From Tubulanus polymorphus (lineage: Eukaryota; Animalia; Nemertea): a stretch of 64,000 nucleotides of DNA. Shown one piece after another: positions 54,720 through 64,000 of the stretch. The stretch covers positions 3,844,001-3,908,000 of the forward strand of contig NC_134029.1 of NCBI RefSeq assembly GCF_964204645.1, read 5' to 3'. Position 1 is the stretch's first letter. Every line of letters starts with the position of its first letter. The notes below the pieces were generated by a model. It had not been told where the DNA came from. It did no database searches and was given only the letters and a program-made list of their open reading frames with translations. Position numbers and translations under genes: made by a program.

Positions 54720-55992
54720 GATTTATGACACGAAATTACTCTTATTGGCAAAGAATATTCGGCGTCACTTCCAACGCACTTAATTAAATCCTCCTCTTGT
54801 AGTGATGACAACCTTTACTGTTCAGCATCTTCCGATGAAATGGGTGTTTCCTATCTCCTCTTGTAGGCGTCGCTACTGGTATGTTTGGATTGACGGCTTG
54901 TTTGATTTGTTGATATATCTCCGTGATTTGATAAATCCTGAAATCTGGCTTGCGTGAAATTGCTTATAGTCGGAAACTTTCTTAGGGCTCCAAATTAACT
55001 TTGAGTAGCCGTCGATCTCTACATGCGAAGTGACAAGATTTCTTAGAAATATGAAGAGCTCGTAGACGTTTTAACGTATTTGCCAAGAGGAATGGTTGGA
55101 AATCGTTCGAATTTCACACCTTGGTTGTGTAATGATAATGATGCAAAGACTAGTTTATAGTGTTGGGTATAGCCTTAAGTCTTAACGCGAGTAACAATTA
55201 ATGAGTAACCATTTAGCATTAAGGTTGCAGTAAAAAAAAAGTATTGTACATTGTACAGCTGTTGTTAAGAGATTGGCGGAGGCATATGTACCCGGTACTC
55301 GGATTGCTTGTGTCAGTTTCGGCAGCTTAATGGCAATCGGACAACGGCTAGCTTTTGTGTCTCGCTTGTTATTTTTGGACGTAAAATATCAGCACCAGCT
55401 CTCAAAAGATGCGAGAAAATTCGTACGATCGCTTTATTTCATTTTTATTATAAAATACAAATATCATAGAGATTTTTCTCGATAATACAAATAAAAACAG
55501 GGCGCATCATCTTATCCCTATACATCTCTATAACGCCCAAAATCAATCTTCAAATCCACAATGCAGCTTAAGAATTCAAATACGTTTTATCATATTATGA
55601 GATCTTCGAATAATCCTGAAATATCAAAATGAAACGTTCTGAAGACCAGTTATTCAATTATAACAACAAACCCAGTCATACACCAGAGTGCAACCACGAA
55701 ATAATATTCTTTCATTGATAAAAAGTGCTTCTTTGTTTTTCTACGTGAGATAAATATTTATGATTAGACTCGTTATTTATGAGAAACTACAAAAATGTCA
55801 ATATCATATATTAATTATTAATCTAGAAATAAGATGCAATTTTCCCAAAATCAACCTGTTATGATGCGATCGATGTGATACAAATGCCGCGTTCATTCGA
55901 TCATACAACAAAATCGCTATAAATTTCCGACGACGCTGTTATTTTTGTTAGATATTGTTTTTACGCATACTCATATTATTCACGGACATACA

Positions 55993-58900
55993 TCATGAAT
56001 CTTCTAGATTTATCTGCTTTAAACTCTCTAATATATGATCAATATTGTCAGCACCGGCAGCATCGGACTGTTCCTCTCGAGCGTATCGGTTTAAAAAATA
56101 CGGAACGCCCGCCACGTCATCCGGGAATCCGACCGGCAAATCGTCACGTGACCGCATTGTAAAATCGAAACCGCTGCTGTTAGCAAGGAGCAAACTGAAA
56201 AGAAATTTAGAAATCGTTAGCAGCTAGTATCCGAGTACAAATAATTATCGCAGATATTAGGTCTATACGTGGCGAAAATGCATAATTTCTAAGGCGTCAG
56301 AATAGTAACTACTGTGTCTTCTGTAAATACTCAATTAACCCAGTTGACCACGATATCGAAGCCTATATACGCCAAACACTACAGAGACAATGAAACTAGT
56401 CCGATGAAATTCAATAAACCGATTTTAATTACATTCAAGGATTAAGCAAGCCGCCAACTGAAACTCGCCAACAGATCAGCCGAATAATCGAATTTATAAC
56501 TGACGCGATGACATCATCGTTCAGATCACAGACGAACTGATTGCGGATTCTCTTCACTTGAATATCCGCAATCATAACTAGGAATACGCGGTATATGTAT
56601 CTAGTATATACATTAACTATGATGGTTCTTCTTGTCCGTGACTAATTAACTGATCTCGAGTCTGTGTGATATACACGCCTCAAGTACCGCTAGAGTATTA
56701 CTAGATATATGATCCGCCACTTTAAAAACTAATGGCCTCTCATCATAAAAACCACAAGCGACACTGCGCAGGCGCCAAATAGAAAAAGCAGACACTTCCA
56801 AAGACTCATTATTGCACATCAAAAGTCAGTCATATTTACTGTCAGCGTAGCTTTACGAGATTGGATGAATCTGACTTAAGGCATTCGGACTTCGGAGGGG
56901 CAAATGAAAGAAATATACAAATAAGAAAAACAGATGAAACGCGCCATGCAAGTGACAACTGCGAGTGAAATGTGTTCTTGACATATGCTTTTCACTGTAA
57001 TGAGTTTAATTTTTATACACGTACCTATGTGTAGTCGGGCTGATGTTTATTCGACCGGATACACTTCCGGATTCGAACTTGTTCGCCAACGTCACGTGAT
57101 TTCCGAAAAGGCAATAACGAGGCATTTTAGTACCGACCACTCCGGCTAGTACGGGGCCCGAATGCAGGCCTATTCTCATCTGAAATATTGTAAAAAACAA
57201 ACATTAGTCAAATTAATTCCTATATCAAACAAACCAGAACAATCTATACGAACACTCCAATACTCGATCAATGTAGAGAATGATGATCGAAATCGTTTAA
57301 TGACCATTATTTGTCTAACAAGAGGAAGTAACAGATAGCAACCGCGACGAATCACTAATAGCTCACATAAAATACTAATAACAACAGCATTTTTATTGCG
57401 AGGTCACAGGTTCATATGTTGCTTTGTGTTATATCGTTATACCTTTATTATAGTGCCATCGTGACAAGTTGATGAATTTGCCGCAGACATCATTTTTAAT
57501 GCCATCCAAGCGGCTCTTACAGCGTGGTACCTGCTCGGGCGATGTAGACCACCGGCGCAGCAATAAGCATCTCCTATTGTTTCTATCTATATATAAACCA
57601 TTAACGTATAATCAATTAGACTTTCAAATCGAAACCACCATAACGAAAGCGGTTCGGCATAAAAATGAGTATTTAAATAAGTCACCGAAGGTAATTCAAC
57701 ATTCGATCTTACATCAGAGATCATCAACGCCAGTTTCATATTCGTCATGTTGAATTTTATTTCTATTCGTCGTATCAGACTACTAATTAAATGTAAGAAT
57801 AAGCGGCGAGGACCGCACTCGCTTTACCTTATAAATATCGAGTAACTCGCAGAAATTGTCGAACTTCGTGTAGAGGTTCTGCAACATGTCTATGACTTGT
57901 AAAGGCGTGGCCACGGAACAAATTGCCGTGAACCCGACAATGTCGCTAAACAACATCGTTACATCTTCAATAATCATGGGTTTTACGGTTTGGCCTACAA
58001 TTCACAATAAACACATTCATTAACGCAACGTGTGAAGTCATAGTAAAGATTATTATCCCGAACAGACAATGATCGGTTTCAGTTTCCCGTATCAGAACCG
58101 TAAATCGTGACAAAATGTTCAACGAAGGATCTCCACCCTGTTCCATACGAATCCAATGCAATCATCACCGTACTGACATTCTTAAATTTGTTTCTCCCTA
58201 TTCTTGATATTTGATACAGTAATTCTTGGCGTGTTAGACAGACAGTAAGACAAGCCGTGATGTTGTTCTATACAGTGTCTGTGTATCGTGTATCCTTTCG
58301 ATTCTCTATACTTTTATACTATTTTTGAAGCGCGAAACTGAAGGAAAACATGCTTCGAAACCAAAATTATTGATAGCTAAATGTCATTGTTTACCTAACC
58401 AAAGACGTCTAGCGACATCTGCCGGGAAGATCAACTGAAGAAGTTCGACGTTTTTTTGTTTTTCCGCTTCGACTAATATGTTTGCCTCTTCGATACTCTG
58501 TTTGAGATGAACCATCCGTTTCTTTAAACCCTCCTAAATAATTACATGTACGCTCTATAAAACAGGCTCACGTTGCAGCATAAGATTATATGTATAAAAG
58601 TCAGAAAAGAAAATAGAAAATTTGTATTCAAAAGGACGGGCGGCTCTAGCACAAATTCACGATTAAACGACTCGGTAGAGGTAAGTTTTATGAATTTCGA
58701 TACCGAAACTGAAGGGTTAATATCATAAAACTACGGTTGTTGATAGCTGAGCCTAATAAACCTAATCACTTAATGTGGCTGGAAATAGAAAGCGAGATGT
58801 GCAGGAAGTTCACGTCCCGCGGTGATTGAGACACGCGGACTTAATTGAATAGCTCGAGCTCTGATAGGAAATTTATTAAAAGACCCCTAGAAGTGTTCTT

Positions 58901-61185
58901 TCAAAAGTATCCGGTTTATTGCACTTTTCAAATTCAGGATTAGAACGAGCGCATAATATTAAACTTCATCGACGGTAACCACATCGAATGAGACAAAATG
59001 CGCAGTTAATTGAGCCAATACCCGAATAACGGATTAAATTTTATAGAGTGGAATCATATTGACATGTAAATGTAAACGTCTGAACCCCGGTTGGTAATAG
59101 GCTTTTATACTCGTAACCACTACTGCATCATCAAACATGAATTTGCGCTTCGCTGATGCAATTCTTGACTCTGCAATGAATTGATGACTGTGTAAATATA
59201 ACACTGATGCTGAAACTACCACAACGTGTATCACCTTGTTTTCCTTTTACTTTTTAATGCGCCAGGAGCATGCCCAAGTTACAATCGAAACAAACTCGGT
59301 GACATTATATGCGTGTACGGAAAGATCTTCACCCATATCCAAATGTCCACCATACAAAAAAGTGCCGCATTTTATCACTCATTATCATTGACCTAGAATA
59401 TGATTATGGTAAAATAAACCTACCTGTGCTTTGGTGTGCTCGCCGACAAGGATGACGTCACGGGTTGCGTCATGTATAGGGATATCTGATATGTAAATTC
59501 CTTTACCAATCAGTTCGTCCATTTTCACGACGGATGGAGACCCTAGGAATAAAACTGACTCCGATTCCGCCACATACACCATTTGACCCTTCAATTCTAA
59601 TGTAAACTGAAAAGAAATATCTGTATTTATTGAGGCAAAAATGGCGGAAATACTTGAGATCTGGTTTTGAAATGATTATCATTTCTGGTGGTTACCTTGC
59701 TATCTCTCGTTTGGCTCTTCAACTTTAAAACAAAAGTCGAATTTATTCGCTGTAAAATCGACGTTATTTTCATTTTCACATTCGGTCGTACGATGTCGAA
59801 ATACTCGTCTAGAGCCAGACCGCGAGTATTGATCTCTGGGGCGATGCTCTTCATCAGAGCCGTACCCAATTGAGTAATCTGCAATTCTTTATCGAACATC
59901 AAATGAAAAGGGAACGACCGACAAAAACTGACGACGCCGATTTTAGAGTCCACGGCGTCCGTCGACAGACGCTTTGTGATGGATAGATTACGACTGGTGA
60001 CCGATCGACTGAGAATGTTTATCAGAAGTTCGTACAAATTATCGTCGTTTCGGTCGTTCTCTTGCAGTTTGACGTTGACCTTCGCCTGAAACATATCTCT
60101 GGCAGCCGATTCCAGAATACCCGCTAACAAATATTGCGATTTATTTCGCTTCGAGTAGAAATACAACAAGAGTTCTCCGTTTTCACGAGTGCTACAGCGA
60201 AATGACGGCATTCTGACACCGGTAAAACTTGGATTCTCCTTCAGGTGATCGTCCAGTCCGTCTAGATTACACAGGAAGTCATAAAGCGTACTTCCCAGAC
60301 ACTTTAACTCTCGTTCATACCGTTCGAAGCACATACCGAAGATGATGCATCCAAGGTCTTTGTAAAGCTTTTGATGGGGTAAACCTATAAAAATCATTAA
60401 CGTTGAATGTGCAAATAACTCACATTCCAAAGGTAAAATGAAAAGAGGATTTCTGAATGAGTAAAAGCAACAAATACAAAAAGAGAATCATCGCGAAAAT
60501 TTGCTCAATTTATGGAAACTCAAGCATCGATGTAAGATTTTGCAGAATATATTCATTCCTCACTTTGTATCTTATGTATCAATACTCACCCACAAGACTG
60601 CCCACTTTGTCAACTATTTGACTGAGTTCCAATTCGTCATACGGACTGTACTCTGAGCATGATTCATTTTCGATGTAAACATAATCATCGCCCTTTACGT
60701 CCTTCCTGAAAACGAACGCCACGGTGTTTTATGGCGTATTCTCGCTTCTCATTAGGGGGGTATTCTTAACACGACACCGGAAGAACAATGAATCTATACT
60801 TACATGATCTTGTCCCACGCGACGGAACCATAACCATTCAATAGTCTTCTGATTGCGGCATTCATTAATTGTGTCTGAATCGTTAGATAGTGATGATTTA
60901 AGAATTAGAAAGCAGAACATTTCGATAATAGATGAATAAGGATTTTGATGCAACAATTCTCGAACTTTCCACTTTAACAACAGTCGGGTTTTGGTGTTTC
61001 ATTCGTTCGATTATCAATGCTAGTCCATCTCTCTTTAATAAGTTCAGACACGGAGCTTGCTCATTAATATTACATAATCAATTTATCAATCTTACTGTTG
61101 TTAGTGGTAATTGTAATAAGACAGAGACCTCAAATACACGTCCCTTAAGTATGAATTCGCCTGTATACGGATTTGGAAAACGCAT
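55993..61185 (-). CDS. GUCY1A1: Soluble guanylate cyclase alpha subunit, about 10 coding exons, about 651 aa
   Basis: Exons 61185-61096 (start uncertain), 60874-60804, 60705-60590, 60384-59696, 59606-59424, 58533-58395, 57994-57828, 57586-57443, 57179-57025, 56194-55993 (TGA). Motifs [89 protein letters not shown]. The heme His is replaced by Asp (LDGLDDHL). The symbol denotes the alpha family; alpha1 versus alpha2 cannot be resolved. Confidence 0.94.
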
Positions 61186-64000
61186 TTTAATTTCCGTTTC
61201 TTGCCTCGACGAGGCTCAATCAACACGAGTGGCCGCCCCAATTAATTTCAGCGGGGTGAAAATGAAGAACGCTTTCGGGGCTTGGTAAGCTACAATTTAG
61301 ATTACCAAGTAAAGTTAAATGCCTTGAGAGATTGAATTATTGAAATCTAATTTTAGCAACAACCTATTGCACTGACTATTGGGATTATATTCGTCTTACC
61401 AAAGACGCTAATTTTCTGAGTCCGTTTTTTGTGAAATGTTTCTCCTAGTTGTTGCCGAGGGAATGTGTCGCCGTTCTGACGATAATTTTACGGGGTTCGA
61501 GCACAACATCATCATACGCAACAACTGACGAACCCAACAAGCCGTTAATATTGTGGCTTTGGTCTATGCTTTCATATCGTTAATCAATACAAACTAAGAC
61601 ACTTAAAGTGGAAACTGATTGATCTATTCTAGAATATTTCAGCATCTTTCTCAGTCCCAATGTTTCCCAGATTATTTATACTGGTGACTGTCAGCTGACA
61701 CAGTGGCTAATTGCTGACCAAGTATTTGCCCTTAAACGGAAAGCGCGCTGAAAGGTGTTATCCAATCAATACGAATGGATATTTCAGATTTCAAATCTAT
61801 CAACAGCGTTTATCAAATATTGACACTATTACTATCCGTAATCAACTGTGAAACTGTTTATTCACGTGACAGCTCCTAAAGTTCGATGAATGAATGAATG
61901 AACCAAAAATATATTTTGGAAAGATTATTTTGAACAGCGATATAAATATTAACTTAAAGCAGTCACACGAAATCCTCGTTAGGTTAGAGTTTTAGAATCT
62001 ATTTGACTGTTCAGCGAAAAACCACCTTCAAAAACACATAACGAGGTATAATACATGAGGATGTGTTGAAGGAATGAATCACAACATCTATGAAATGATC
62101 GTATAATCGCGGCACGTATTTCTTGAAACCGAAGATCTTACTCCGCTAACTGCCGAGTTTTCATACTGACACAGAATTCGTTATGATAATATTTTTTATG
62201 TTGCACGGAAGAAAGAGAGGAGGTTTGCACTGTACATGAGTTCCGCAGCGAGAACGATGATGGTGAGTTTGGAAGCATTTCGCACGAGATAAACGATCGA
62301 AAAAGCGGACAACGTAATGTCGCGTACGGTAACATTGCTGACTATGGGAGATCATCATGAACAAAATAATGACGTTCGTTTTGAACGTGTTGATGTGTTT
62401 ATCCCAAGCCGCTGCCCTTGGTTTAGCAATAGATAACAAGGGAACTTTGATGTGTTAGAAGAGATTAAATAACCGTTATAAAAAAGACACCGGGAAAGGA
62501 GAAATTTCTTATACGATAGATAGATAGATGCTAATCATTATTGATTCCGTTTCACGTTCATCTTCCAATATTCTTTTACGCATGAACCACATTTCGAGGT
62601 AACAACACTCGCTTCCCCAAGATTACTGGAGCTGATACTCACTAACACAAATCTCTGAAACAAATGATCTGAATACGTCAAATCATCTGCCTGGACACGT
62701 TAAGTTAATCAACACGTCGGTGCAATAGTGTTGATTGTGTTAGAACGCTGCGGATGAACTCCTATTCTGAACTTTGATATTCGAAGCGAACGTTTTGATG
62801 CAGAGTTTAGAATCATTCATTGATCGACTGTCTAAGATACCTGTAGCTTACCTATTGTAGATATGACGACATTTCGATATCAATATTCTCTTTACACAAA
62901 CCAGATTCCTCCTGACACCGGGGTAACTTACGTTTGCCGTTTTTATGCGTATTGCATGGGTTGAACAAAATGATCAAAATCTATTATAATAGAATTAGTT
63001 TTTTAACCACTCTCCTTCTAAAGGCGATCGAAGGACTCCTGCATTCAAATCATTACACCACAGAGCTTTTGCGCGGCCTGTGTTTTTTGAAGTGGATGTT
63101 GATGCATTGGTCAGTACGCATAATCACTCAGATGCGGTGACTGGTCACCAAATTGTCTATTCATTAGCAATTACCCTTTCGTTCTCTCATTCAAACAGTT
63201 TATCATCATCTATCAAAAATGGTATTTGGGGGTCTGGGGGTGGGTCAGAACGGACGAAACCCCTCCGTGGTTATATGAGCCTGCAATCCATCCTTCACTT
63301 GGCCATATTTTCAAGAAATGAGGTGGATAATGATCTAGTTGCGAATCGATAGTCACGATATTCATCTCCAACCGTGGAAAACTGGACTTCAGAGACCTGG
63401 TCGAATCCTCGGTATGCACAGACTTATAGTATTTAGTATGAATTATAGTGACACAAACCTACACGCCTTAACTCGTCATATCGATCATTTATTGAATAGT
63501 TAACTCAGTGCCTTCAGGGCCAGTCATACCCAGACCAAGAAAGGCAGCATTCTGCAATATTAATTCCATTCCTGATTTGACAAATCTAGCTTCCAATTTC
63601 CTAGTGTCTGATTAGTTAGATATTTGAGACGATTGTCACTACAAATCTGATATCTCATTCAAAATTATGTTTCTGCGCGCTTCACGTCTGTGTATGTATG
63701 GCTTTCTTAATGGTGATCAATGATCGCGGATCAAAATGTGTTATCGATTGGTCATGAAACACATATATACAATTCGTATAGTAAACTATAACAAATATCT
63801 GCTTTAAAATGAATAAAACGTGCATAAAAGTTGTAGAAATGTATCTTCACGGTATTTAAGACAGGAATTGATATGAGTATTGAAAAGGCTCCCACCAGCC
63901 GTACGTTAGATGATGATAATATTGCAATTCTAGATTACGGTTTCTGTGTTTTATCCCTACGTTTTGTGTCTTTGTGCGCAATTTATTAACAACCCATGGT

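Overview
AT-rich, intron-rich animal genomic DNA. Intron sizes and repeat content suggest an invertebrate, possibly a lophotrochozoan; this is inference only. The + strand carries a focadhesin (FOCAD) gene with 37 traceable coding exons (7595-48765). Its 25-kb intron holds an antisense single-coding-exon class A GPCR and a tRNA-Ile(AAT); a tRNA-Glu(TTC) sits in another intron. On the - strand, soluble guanylate cyclase alpha and beta genes lie head-to-tail, followed 300 bp later by a two-exon gene with a CCDC60-like C-terminus and an RFX X-box just upstream of its ATG. Non-coding DNA contains a 21-bp minisatellite, a (TA)n tract and several MITE families. The most unusual signal is a 32-bp palindromic insertion found twice, each copy flanked by a different perfect 7-bp target-site duplication, plus one diverged relative. 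Gene models were read by eye from splice sites and reading phase; protein identities rest on remembered family motifs, not database searches.
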